A DNA stretch of 64,000 nucleotides from Entomortierella parvispora E1425 (Eukaryota > Fungi > Mortierellomycota). The stretch is taken from contig BQFW01000009.1 of assembly GCA_020891255.1 (NCBI GenBank), positions 1,240,001 to 1,304,000 on the forward strand, given 5' to 3'. Shown one piece after another: positions 27,201 through 38,211 of the stretch (within the stretch, counting starts at the first letter, position 1; the number at the start of each line of letters is the position of its first letter). Below the pieces are notes generated by a model that was given only the letters and a program-made list of their open reading frames with translations, was not told the DNA's origin and ran no database searches. The position numbers were made by a program, and so were the translations under genes.

Positions 27201-28663
27201 GGATGTGTTTGCGGCAACAATGGTGAGGTTGCAGATATGGTATTGGTGTCCAGGGTCGATAACATGGGCTCTGCTTCGCTTTCAGCATGACTGGGTGCTA
27301 CTGTGTGATCAAACGATTGGCTCATAGTGGCATCTTGGAAGGATGTCAAAACTTGGGACAGGGCCAAGCGACTAGCGGGGTAAGTGCTGTGCTGCTCCAT
27401 GGTCTCGAACATTGGTTGCTGATACTGGAAGTTTGGACTGTCGCCTTGGAAGCCTTGGCCATTTATACCATCAGACTGACCATGGTTATGGAGGATGTGG
27501 TCTAGAGATGCTCCCATGCTACTGCTGTAGTCAAAATCTTGGCGCGACGGGGTTCTGGGCGCATGCAATGATGTGAGCACCATGTCTGACGCTGATGACG
27601 GAGAGTGGTCCTGGTGAATTGTTAGGGGTTGGGCCAGCAACAAGTGACTGAGTCTCGATGGTAGAGAGCTGTCAAGTCTTTGATCTAGAGCGCGGCCCTC
27701 GTCCGTTTGGTCATCGGCACTCAAAGACAAGTCAGTCTGATCTGCATGAAACGGGTCTGGAGCGCTGGGCATTGAAGGCCCGAGCGCAGGGGGAGAGTTC
27801 GAAGCAGAGATTGCAACGGAGGCTGATGCAGCCGCGGCAAGAGCGGTCAACGCAGAAACACTTCCGGGAGCATCGGTCGAACCCTCTGCTGTTATCGTTG
27901 TTGCAGTTTCCGATCCCATACTCTGTTCCGCAGATGTGGTCAGATCGCCAAATTCAAGGTTGTGCAATTGGAGAAAATCACCGACGATCGTCGAAGTTGA
28001 CCCCCCTGCTTGGCGATGCCCCTGAGTCAGCTGCGATGGCTGAGCATCAACTGAAGGAGTTATTGCGGTGGTCAGTCTGGAAGGCAAGGTAGATGAGATA
28101 TGAGGTGTCGGTGTGTCCATTGTCGAAGACTCTTGTCGGTTTGTAAACTCTGCAGGTGCGAGCTGATGCTGATCCTGTTGTGGCAGAGACTGATGCTGCA
28201 CATGGAACTGCTGATGAAGATGCTGCTGCTGTTGTTGATGAAGCTGTAGAAGCTGCTGTTCCTGCCGTTCACGAATGGCCAAAAGCAAAGATTCATGTAG
28301 ATCCAAGGAGCTGTTGGAGAAGGAACTGGAGTATGAGGGGTAAATGGGCGTATATGATAGGTGCTCATGCTCGTCCCGACTGCTACTTAAACTGCTGCTC
28401 TGGGTTGCTGTGCTGATGCTGATTGTGTTGCGGTTGGCAGGGTTATTAATGAGGACGCTGTTACTGGGCAGGGGATCGAATCCGACCTCTGCACCATTGA
28501 AGGCTGGTGGTCTACGTTGATCCCCTTCATTGGCCTCGGCCCGTCCTGACGGGATGTCCCCAGATGCGGTCTGGCCAAAGGACACAAACGAAGATGAGGC
28601 TGATGAAGAGGCTGAAGGGACAGTGGATGCAAAAGAAGTCAAGAACGGGGTCCTGGAGGGCAT
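24224..28663 (-). CDS. Large intronless low-complexity (Ser/Gln/Thr/Pro-rich) hypothetical protein, 1479 aa
   Basis: 4.4-kb uninterrupted ORF starting ATG (MPSRTPFL), with poly-Q and poly-S tracts. No domain recognised. Confidence 0.85.
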   Translation of the reverse strand: MPSRTPFLTSFASTVPSASSSASSSFVSFGQTASGDIPSGRAEANEGDQRRPPAFNGAEVGFDPLPSNSVLINNPANRNTISISTATQSSSLSSSRDEHEHLSYTPIYPSYSSSFSNSSLDLHESLLLAIRERQEQQLLQLHQQQQQHLHQQFHVQHQSLPQQDQHQLAPAEFTNRQESSTMDTPTPHISSTLPSRLTTAITPSVDAQPSQLTQGHRQAGGSTSTIVGDFLQLHNLEFGDLTTSAEQSMGSETATTITAEGSTDAPGSVSALTALAAAASASVAISASNSPPALGPSMPSAPDPFHADQTDLSLSADDQTDEGRALDQRLDSSLPSRLSHLLLAQPLTIHQDHSPSSASDMVLTSLHAPRTPSRQDFDYSSSMGASLDHILHNHGQSDGINGQGFQGDSPNFQYQQPMFETMEQHSTYPASRLALSQVLTSFQDATMSQSFDHTVAPSHAESEAEPMLSTLDTNTISATSPLLPQTHPYAISGRTLSLSVDNLVMLPRGAIPRRRYATRDYSSGSVSSDDWLRHPDVIALNNAEGETAADGVVVQHGEYLLDDVASEVPPSNQDATSSQLVGHELLVDSTPDQNPTTVSPNLDTPMDAPLPLPLFSRPLPTGQLSSRVSVDEDTLSDGVGAIRMDATAEDTNSEDTFSGQLLDVTVDAPITLHSEIESPPTMNATLTDRLGLLGPLLSDSQTVLPLSEEPLDFSLLASNRPGFDSSILSMASRIRQARLTRLLRLLSERDSSMGYADRPPWNRAHPADTRSMINHTGGSRGTSLAGSLDDGQAEVGQETDSIEAAEDRSSARGRDAPILPQFYPVHCPTFAEILDCNGNPIESSSSESYGSSSASSVTSQGNFDEQEDDPDWLGAREQRRRLRRTTLDRNRWNGGDVIRGHGRSRVVSSGTVFEGVEHISEADSLLADNHRYQSLKSSWVTNPNGESWSDDDCDEPNRHRSLQESDDKDLETVSLRRGQPSLGILQPNSGQPHQQQQFSQGGLYYIYGNVRNRYGPEHSRRRRVMTEMSDLLRREREWERELEQYGQEMTAFHSGVASHLATTRPATVGSDSGLGGYRPTMQLPVPVDPVISTARGNDSNSGAPHRNTSFISRSVEGFQDYQQGLTQYHSQGEMTANTTTVTRSGSEDYYQQQQQQQQRQSSFQLAPNGSRSSQVQQTSARQPAATFINRAPPLQPQPNEPITHHTRRANGSSITTQHRRLELLQLEQQQQNLQQQYLQRNMTSASQQAQPMRRDPEPMSRYPGTTYVPPPSVQQIQQHPYQSIPAMPSNGLSGSSGSGVVPQSIGNRSSFRTSHENNGFEHFNLAGSPYPGTTLPPNASAPALPSLVTTTSSSSSMEMPGFRASSGMADFITPSVPSSSTTSLTSLNAYRTDGFGGSGGTQSGSLEPSGARTTSAASPSSILHSSAPTSSMTTATLTAPGASPRVQVYVNNSLYLNHKNGTLRPEERWRRGTEEMVGR

Positions 28664-30314
28664 GTTGTCGGAGGTCGTCCTGTCGGAAGAGATTCCGATA
28701 TGAAGCGACGGCTCTTCTCGGTGGTGTGGTTTGTATCCTTGTGCGATCTATTTGTTCCGCCGTAGACGACAGTTCCAACAGACACGTCGCTGGCAGGCTG
28801 CCTGAGTCGAGCGTACTATCGGTCTTTGTAGCATGTAATCATATCATGGGGGTTGAATTAAACACAATGTCAGTCGGCTGGCTCTTCTTGTCTGACAGCA
28901 TGCAACCCCAAAATCAACCAAGGCACAAAGGGACGGGCACAAACCTTGGTATCAGCGATAAAGGCCGGTTAAAAAGGCAAGGGCAAGGAGCAAGAAAAGG
29001 ATGACGAGCGTGTAATAGGCACGGTGAGACCACGGCAGCAGAGGCAATGCGCAACCGGCATGGGCGCCAGTGCAAGGGGATGAATGAACGGACAGACAGA
29101 CAGAAGGCGCAGGGACTGACTCGGAGTTTGGAATGGATGGTGATGGAGAGGAAATGGCGTTGAATGCAAGGGACTGAGCTGAACTGGAATGCTGTCCGCA
29201 GGGGTATGATGCGAATGAATGTGCAAAGAATGGGCAGGGCGGCGGAGGTTGGAAGGGTCCAGCAGGCAGGGAGAGGGTAGAGAGGCAAAGGACAAACATG
29301 CATGGATGGACACATGAACTTGACGCATGCATGCGTGCATTTGAGGTTCAACGCCATATGCAAGTACAAGTGTGAATCATAGTAATTCTACTTGTATTTG
29401 ACTGACGGTCACGTGGAAAATAAAGCTCGCACATCGAGCGGGATATGGCAATCCTAGGTGACGAGTGAGAATCAGACTAAGTGTCGCCGTGCTGGCCTCT
29501 GTCAGTATCGATCAATGTGGAATAAGACGGATAAAGAGCAGTGCGAGCAACTACATATAGGGGTTCTACTTAAGGGTGTATCGTACCGTCCTGGCCATCA
29601 ACAAGGTCAACGAGAACGCGCTGCCTAGAGGTCAGAGGCTTCCCTGTATCTGGAGAGCCAAGAGTCGGTAGCCAGTGGCCAAACTCCGCGCCCACAGCGA
29701 AAGCTCAATTAAAAAAAATATGGGTCTGCAGTTGAAGGTCCTTTCAACCCCAGGAGAAATGACCGAGTGTGCCCGGCCAGGAACGATTCTTCCCGAGAGC
29801 ATTTGCAGTGGAGCATGGATCGCACAACGGCGCTCTAGTGCACCTTTGAAGGACAGAAATGAAGGAGATTCCCAGAAGACCAGCCGAGGTGCCACAGTCA
29901 GCCATGAACGCGTTGCTCCAACGAAGATCCACCCATGTGCTCGCCTGAGTTGCCTCGTTGTCGGAGTCTGATCTCCCGAGGCCTGCTTTGTCACTGACAC
30001 GAGGGGAGTCACTCGATGAAATGAACAGAAGTGAGCAACAGAGTGAAAAAATGCGGGGATATCGCAGTCACTCTTGTTTTTTTGGATGAGTGTGGTGCAA
30101 ATCTCAATCTTGAAATTTAACTTCCGGCTGCCTTTGACCTCTGTCATCGGTCGTCTTTTCTCTTTCCCTTCCTTCCCTTCCTTCCTTCCTTCCTCCCTCC
30201 CTCTCTCCCTCCCTTCCCTCTCTTCCCTCTCTTCCCTCTCCTCCTATCCTCTCCCTCCAGCAACAAACACTCCCCCTTCTCTCTCTACCCACTTTTTCAT
30301 TCCTTACCTCTGCC

Positions 30315-32315
30315 ATGTCTGCCGGAACTCCTCAGGCTCCCCCCAAGCGTAAGACCAGGGTCAATCTTATATCATAGCAAGGATCGGGATTACCCTCACA
30401 GACCAGCCGCTCGGAACATACATGTCAAAAAAGAACATCAGGACTCTGCTTGGATAGCCTGGACCGTTCGACTAGGCTGCATCTGTACACGGAATATTTT
30501 TTTTTTATAGTTTTGTGCAGTCGCTTCATCCCTGGACATATGTTTCGTCGACTGATCCCGTTAGTGAAATGCATTCATTAACCCATCTTGCATTTCCACA
30601 GCCCTTCCTTTCCAATGGCAGTTTGTCGCCGGAGCCGTCGCCGGTGTCTCTGAGATTCTTACCATGTATCCTTTGGATGGTGAGTACAATTCCTGTTTCC
30701 AGACTTATTGATCGCTATCTTATCTTTGTGGCCTGTATCGATTTATCAATTTTTTTTCCCCCGTGCTGCCTTGCTCTCTCGCTCCTATAGTCGTCAAGAC
30801 TCGCTTCCAGCTCCAGGTTGGAACCGGAGGAGCTGACGGATATAGCTCCATTGGCGACTGCTTCAAGAAGATTATCAAGAACGAAGGGTAAAGATTGTCA
30901 CTTCAGAACAGGGTTACTTTGTTGTGCCTTTCATAATTTTGGGACGACCATGTGGATTTCACCGGACTTGTGCGTGTGAAATCAGGAATGTTGTTTGTAG
31001 TAGTTTCTTGTACGACATCGAGCTATGCTGGGGGTCGGTTGACCGGTTTGGAAAAAAAACAGGACCAGGCTTATCGCAAAGCAGTCTGGATCAGTTGAGA
31101 GCACAATATCCTCCGCATCCTAGCGACTAATACCTACTTTGCCATCTCTAGTTTCGGTACACTCTACCGCGGAATCATTCCCCCAATCATGGTTGAAGCA
31201 CCCAAGCGTGCTACAAAGTTTGCTGCCAACGAGCAGTATACCATTCTCTACAAGAAGTTCCTTGGCGAGGATGTTAACAAGCAGGGATTGTCCATCTTGA
31301 CTGGTGTCAGTGCCGGTATCACGGAGGTACGCCTTATTGATAATGAACGCTACGAAGGAGACAGAGACTACACACATCTCAAAGTTGGGATGCACGTGGA
31401 CTAACATACAAGTTAAATGTAGGCTTTCCTTGTCGTTCCCTTCGAGCTTGTCAAGATTCGCCTTCAGGATAAGGGCAACGTAAGATATCTGGAAAGAAAC
31501 CAAGATTATTTCAGCGTCAGATCGCAATTCTAATCTCTCTTTTGGCGAAATAGGCTGGTAAGTACAACGGATCTATAGATGCACTCACCAAGATTGTGCG
31601 GTCGGAGGGTCCTTTGGCTCTGTACAATGGATTGGAGGCTACTCTTTGGCGCCATGCCATGTGGAACGGTGGATACTTTGGATGCATTCAGGGAGTCAAG
31701 AATGCTCTTCCTGAAGCCGAGGTAAGAGCTTTGTGGATCAAGCAGATTACAGAGAGCCAAAATCGTTGCCATTTTCACGCAGACAGAAGTTAATGATTGT
31801 ATCGATCTCATCTTTATAGACCGCCAACGGAAACCTTGGCCGCAACTTCACTGCTGGTGCCATTGGAGGTACCTTCGCCACCATGCTCAACACTCCCTTC
31901 GATGTTGTCAAGACTCGTATTCAGAACCAGGCCAAGGGATCAGTACTCAAGTACAACTGGACATTGCCCGGTGTTGCCATGGTTTACCGCGAGGAAGGGT
32001 AGGAGAACACGCATAGTGGAGCTTGATTTCCGTTGGAGCTAATGTCGTTTGAGTACTAACACGACTTCTATGCCATCCTACTTTAGTTTCCGTGCATTGT
32101 ACAAGGGCTTTGTGCCAAAGGTTTTGAGATTGGGACCCGGTGGTGGTAAGTGATATACCGCTCCTATGTCTGGCGCAACTGAATTTTCAGACACATGTTG
32201 TTGACATTTATTTTCTTTTCTCCACTTAGGTATTCTCCTTGTTGTTTTCGATACCGTTTCAACTTTGATCCGCAAGCACATCCTGATGGAGGATGTTCGC
32301 CAATATGGGGCTTAG
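30315..32315 (+). CDS. ODC1: Mitochondrial 2-oxodicarboxylate carrier (SLC25A21/ODC)
   Basis: Spliced product has three carrier repeats (YPLDVVKTRFQ, VPFELVKIRLQ, TPFDVVKTRIQ) plus ODC-typical VEAPKRATKF, RHAMWNGGYFG and KVLRLGPGGGILLVVF. All introns are GT-AG. Confidence 0.93.
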
Positions 32316-32591
32316 ATGCGATAAAAGCAAATGATAAACATAATGACAAGACATTATGGGAACTGGTCGCACCCACCTGTGCAACATTGATATACTTACT
32401 ATACATAGATGCGACTGCACAAAACTTCAAATATACTCCCCATTTTCATGTTCGAATGAGCAATTGTGATGTTTCTCTCTTTTGCCGCCAATCTGTGCTC
32501 AGGATAGCAGTCACGAAACGGAGCAAACAACGATCAAGATGAAAGGTTCCATCTCCTTCGCCCATCACTCACTCATTCAGGCAACGACAAC

Positions 32592-34347
32592 ATGGTTAAC
32601 CCACGCGTCTTCTTCGATATTGACATTGATGGTCACAGGATAGGAAGGCAAGTCGATGGACAAGCACGGTCTACCGTTACATTGTTGGGGGCCCCCAGTC
32701 GACAACTCAACCTAACTAGCCAACAACCAAATTCTCTTCCATCCGATAGGATTATCATGGAGCTCTTCAAGGACGAAGTCCCTATGACGGTTGAGAACTT
32801 CCGTGCTTTGTGCACTGGTGAGAATTAATATCAGGATCTAAAAGTCTGGACAACCCAACAGTCGAAAGCTGAACAGGAACGCTCGGAGATAACTGGAAAT
32901 TCACCAATTATTTTTTTCCATTTTTTTCTTGTTAGGCGAAAAGGGAGTTAGTACAATCAGCGGCATGCCTCTCCACTATCGAGGCTCGATTTTCCATCGG
33001 TAGGCGAAAGAGTTGCCTGTCTATTGTGTGGCACTTGATGTCCGGAGAACTTGCATGAAGACTACTTCTGACTTCGACTGTTGGTTGCCTTTATTTTTCC
33101 GTCTTAGTGTTATTAAAGGCTTCATGATCCAGGGAGGAGGTACTGCCACGTGAATACATGCAATACTTTCCTCTATGGAACTTGGACTGACCAAGAGCTT
33201 TACCTTGATATCTAGACTTTACTCGACGAGACGGAACTGGAGGAGAATGTATTTATGGCGGGAACTTGCAAGACGAGGGAGGCTTCAGACGCAAACACGA
33301 TATTGAGGGTATGTGGATCAATCGGACCAGCACGTGCAGCGAAAGACCAATTGCTAACGCACACTTTAATCATTCAAACCATGGCATCAGGACTCTTGTC
33401 GATGGCGAACAAAGGACCAAATACCGCCAGCTCACAGTTCTTTTTGACCACACGCCCTACACCACATTTGGATGGTAAAAAAAACGATATGAAATGTTGA
33501 AACCTGTCAGTTGCACTCTATGGAACTAACAGCAATATTCCTCGATATTTGCTGTTCTACTACTATAGGAAAGCATGTTGTGTTTGGACGCGTGGTAAAA
33601 GGATACGACATTGTAGAAAAGATTGAAAATACGCCAACAGACGAACGAAACGATCGACCCTTGAGCATTGTCATGATCTCCAACTCTGGAGAACTTGAGC
33701 TCAAGATTGATCCCAAAGTGTTGGAACAGCAAAGACTCCAAAAAATTGCTGCAGAGAAGGCCCTCAGCTCTGAAAAGTCCTCATCGAAATCAAAGTCTCG
33801 CTCTAGTCGTAGGGATCGTCGATCCGAATCTCGGTCTCGCTCCCGTTCAGTCGGATCCGACTCTGGGTCAGACTCTGATTATGAGCGGAGGAGGAGGAGG
33901 CGCAAGGAATCGAGTCGTAAGAAGAGTCGACGCAGCAGAGATGATCGCAGCAGAAGCCCCAGTCGCCGTTCTGATAAGAAGCAATCTGGCCGATCCAGGT
34001 CAAGATCTCCAGTGTCGAGGAAGACTGAAGAGGTGGATGGAGGAGTCAATAAGGGGCAGAGAACTGAGCTGGCGACGACCATTGAACCTGCCAAGGAGGA
34101 CCCTGAGTACTACGTGCGACAGCGAGAAGCGGCGCGTGGCATTGAGACAAAAGCCAGATCGCGATCTCCAGAGATTAAATTCAAGGGCCGAGGAGCCATG
34201 GTAAGCTGAGTTTGTCCTTTTGAAGGCAGGCGTTTGGCGTGTTGGCAAAGCTGGATGATTTCCTATATTGCATTGTCGAGCCACACTAACTTGCGGTTCT
34301 TACATATTCCTTCCATGTAGAAATACGGCGGACGTCCAAGGTGGTAG
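32592..34347 (+). CDS. Cyclophilin with Arg/Ser-rich tail (PPIG/Cyp63-like, spliceosome-associated type)
   Basis: [51 protein letters not shown] and [13 protein letters not shown], then an RS-rich region and KFKGRGAM|KYGGRPRW*. Confidence 0.93.
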
Positions 34348-34669
34348 ACGCCTCAGCATCTGGCGTGACGTAGGCAGTGGCCCCACTGGGTGGGGCAGAA
34401 AGCAAAGAATAGTTGCGCCCACCAGAAGCCCAGGAAGGAAAAAAAAAAGACTGTATGAAAATATGAAAGTCACACTTTTTGGAGGTAAAATGAGCAGATG
34501 ACGACGGTCCAAAGTAGAGTTCAGTGCTCAGAGCAAAGGCGGTCTGGTCTGGTCAGCAAACAGGAGGGGTGCATACGCACTGTGCGCACAAATGGATGGA
34601 TGCAATAAACGTCAACCTGTCTCGTTCGTTTCGTCTCTTCTTTCATTCATTCATTCGTTCGTTCGTTCC

Positions 34670-34671
34670 TT

Positions 34672-34706
<35 letters not shown>

Positions 34707-34830
34707 ACCCGTTCTTCGTCCGTTCAGTGCCGTCAGTGCCCTTTCTTTCCTTCAGTGCTTTTTTTGTCTCTTCTCTACCTCTGTGTTTCCTTTTCTCTAT
34801 CTCTCTCGCTCTCTCTCTCTCTCTCTCACT
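34670..34830. repeat. (CT)n and pyrimidine-rich microsatellites upstream of the cold-shock gene
   Basis: Runs of CTCTCT at ~34670-34705 and ~34795-34828, plus TTCG/TTCA tetramers nearby. Confidence 0.85.
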
Positions 34831-34973
34831 CGCTTGTATCTTGAATCTGTCTGTCTGTCTGTTTGTTCTGAACTGTATAGTCATTGCCTCAGTACATTCC
34901 TTACCTTCTTGCCCTTCTTTCTCCCTCTCGCTCTCTCTTTCGCTTTTTTTCACCGCCCCATTACTTTTGTAAC

Positions 34974-37076
34974 ATGTCTGTACCCGCCGCCAACCGCAGG
35001 ACCGGAAGAGTCAAGTTCTTCAACAGCCAGAAGGGCTTTGGCTTCATCATTCCCTCCGACAGCACCGAATCAGCCCCCGTTGATGAGAGTAAGTGTGCCA
35101 ACTCATTGGCCAGTCGCCCTCATTCCTCCCTTCAGCAGCACTTTTTCAGTCAAGGCGGGATATCAGGATCAATCTATGTCGAGCTGCACCTTCTGACCGC
35201 AGCTGGCATCAAATCTTTATCAGTTGGATACTGGATGTCAAAGGAGGAGCTGGAGACCCATCCATGTCGATAAGGGCGGCTTGAAGAGTGAAAGAGAGGG
35301 GCCTCACATTCACAAACCTCTGTGGGTCTGGTCTGTTGTGTTTTAAAAGACGTCCTCACCCTTTTCAAAAGAGGGGCATTGCTGTCGTACTTGACCCCTG
35401 CGACGGATCGCAGGTCTCCTTTTGGGAATGAAAATTGGAAGTGGGGAGGGAGGGTGGTTCTGCCCAAAGGTGTCGGGTTCTCTGCACCCACCCAGTGTCA
35501 TGCTGAATAAGCCCCTGTTTCGTGGGAAATGAAAAAAGAGAGCCTCGCCTTTTGAGGTTGTCGCAACGAACCCATCGCCCTCTTCTTTTTTTTTTCCTTT
35601 TGCTCTTCCTGGATCAGAAGCGTTGACTCCTGTCGCGACGAAGCTCCCTTTTTTTCACGGTGACGCCGCCCCATGTTCCCTTGAATTAGCTCAAAAAGAG
35701 GAGGAGAAGGACGGGTGATTTGATAACTGAGGAGGATCGAGGCAATTGGCTGCAGGGTTGTTGTCAAACAACAGGATTACGGCTCGGCGTCACACCGGCT
35801 TGTATTTGGATCATCATGCACGACACGACGCAGGACTTTGTTTCAGCTGGATCGGTCCAGACGCAACCATGGAAACGGACATCACTGGGATCCGCTAGCC
35901 GCTGGAAGGCTATGGTTTATCTTGAACAGGCTTTTTCGTGGACAACCATGGCCACTTTCAACGATCGAGTCGTCTCTTTTTCTTGATTTTCTTTTTTTTC
36001 CCCCAATCGGATATTTATTTCCTGTGGCACGGTGGTGGTGTTAGCGCCACGACCCAAACGAGTTAACCGTTCGCTCTCTGTGTCGTGATATATATTAGTT
36101 TTCGTTCATCACACGGCTATCCACAACGAAGGCGGCTTCAAGAGCTTGGCAGAGGTACCTTTTCATTGTTGACGAGATATGACATGAAGCTAAAGAGCTA
36201 TTGAACCAGGAGATACTCATCGCTACATTGTTTTTTGTGCGTGGATTGATCTAGGGTGAGGAGGTACGTTTTCAAGGCGTGACAGACCGGTGGCGCTCCT
36301 AGCCATTTGATTGCTTGATCGAGCCTGAACTTTGGCTGCTCCACAGACTTTTTTGCTCACAGGAGACTCCATCCTGATATTGTTAGGTCGAGTATGACGT
36401 TGTCCCTGGTCCTAAGGGCATGCAGGCCGCTAATGTGACAGGCCCTCATGGTGCCCCTGTCCGCGGCGATCCCAACGCAGGTCGTCCCATGTTCAAGTAA
36501 GCGTTAGATCATGTCTGATCAGAAAAGACTCTTTGGGAGCTTTGCAGCAAACTAAAACTTTGGCTCCCTCCATTTTCCTTTTAGCAGCAACCAAGGAAAT
36601 CGCTTTGGAAACGGCGGCTATGGCGGTGGCTATGGTGGCTTTGGAGGTCCTAACGGTAAGGACATGGAACGTCTTCTCTGATGTGAATGATGAACTTTCT
36701 GTTGTGAATGACGCTAATCTGACCGTTGTATATCCCTGTAGCCTATGGAGGTGGATATGGCGGTATGGGCAACGCACCATATGGAGCTCCAGGCGCTGGA
36801 GGCCAACCCGGATATGGTCAGGGCTACGGTCAGCAGCATGGCTTTGGCGGTGGCGCTGCATTCCAGCAGGGCAGCAACCAGTACCAGTTCGGCTACCCCC
36901 AGGGAGGCTACACTGGCAATGCAAGCGCTGGTCTCCAGGGTCAGCCCGGTCAGCTTCCCAACCAGCAAACATCCTTTGGCCAGGGCGGTGGTGGCGGTGG
37001 CTATGGTGGATCCGGGGCTGGACCTCAAGCTGGATGGAATGCACCTGCCCCTGGCGGTGCAGCACAACAGCACTAA
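34974..37076 (+). CDS. Cold-shock-domain protein with Gly/Gln/Tyr-rich tail
   Basis: Spliced RTGRVKFFNSQKGFGFI (RNP1)...IFVHHTAI (RNP2)..GFKSLAE|GEE|VEYDVVPGPKGMQAANVTGP, then GGYGG repeats. First intron is ~1 kb; there is a 9-nt micro-exon at 36255-36263. Confidence 0.92.
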
Positions 37077-37312
37077 GAAAGTGATCTCGTCGACTCTTGA
37101 TCTTTTTTACCCCGACCCTTGTAATGATCTGATCGCCCATCCGTCTTCCGCAACTTTCTAGTCTTTTTTTTGCCACTCTTTCCATACCATTATGACTTCC
37201 TTGTACATTTTTATTTTGGTTCAAGAAGAGAACATGCCTTTTTTTTTTGTGGTGAACATTGTATTGTGCTAGCACTTTTTTGACTATAAGAATATATTCT
37301 TGTTTGCCTCTT

Positions 37313-37561
37313 TCACCGCCTTCTAGTTGCAGGAGCTGGGACAGGGTCTTGTCTACGTTTGTATTTTCTGGAGGGACAACTGGGCGAGGACCCTCCAGCA
37401 TCAATCAGCGCCTGGCAGCAGTCCTGCAGGTTTTTTATCAAGTCCTTGCAGCGAGACTCTTGATAGTTATTCTTTGTCAAGCAGGCCTGAATGGCACAGG
37501 CTTGACTGTGGCAGGCTTGTGACTTTAGAGTCTCTGGAGAGTCTGATTCAACGAAGGACAT
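37313..37561 (-). CDS. CMC4: Twin CX9C protein, CMC4/MTCP1(p8)-like (mitochondrial intermembrane space)
   Basis: ACHSQACAIQACLTKNNYQESRCKDLIKNLQDCC shows the C-x9-C spacing and the ACAIQxCLxxNNY motif of the family. Confidence 0.88.
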   Translation of the reverse strand: MSFVESDSPETLKSQACHSQACAIQACLTKNNYQESRCKDLIKNLQDCCQALIDAGGSSPSCPSRKYKRRQDPVPAPATRRR

Positions 37562-38211
37562 GGTGATGGAGATGAAAGAGGGTGGGGAAGGTGACAGAGA
37601 TGCGTTGCTCGTCGAAATGAACGCACATGTCGAATTGAAACTTGCTCCCCAGAGAGCGAGTCACTTTGAAATATCAAAATTAGTGGCGTAAATTTCAGCA
37701 TTTCCCTTTTCACCCAGAGATTTCAAGGTTGCTTGCTTCCTTGATTAGAAAAGTATTGTGCGCCAGAGCTTGTGTGAGGCATGGAGTGAATCCCCTAGGG
37801 TCATTGAACCACTCTCTCTGTATGACCTCCAGCGATTTGGCGTGAAGAGGAAGCTTCAGTTCAGGTCATTGGGATCGCCATTGGGGATCACTTACTTCTA
37901 TTCTCTCTTCTACCACTCAGTTCACTCATTCCCGCACTTTTTTTTTTTTTTTTTTTTTTTTCATCTTCACGCTCCTCGATGAGCAACCCACAGCTAACCA
38001 AAGTTTACGTAATTTCTCTTTCTGTCTGTACACTCGCACCAGTTGGTGACGTATCCGAGTTCAAAGAGCTACCCAGTCTACATGTTAACAATCGAAATGT
38101 GGATGAAAATGCTAGTTTTTTTAATGATGGGAGGAAAAAAAGCGAAATTATATATAAAGGTGGGATGAAAAGATGGAAGAAAAAAGAAGCACTTTTTTTT
38201 TCTTTTCTTTT

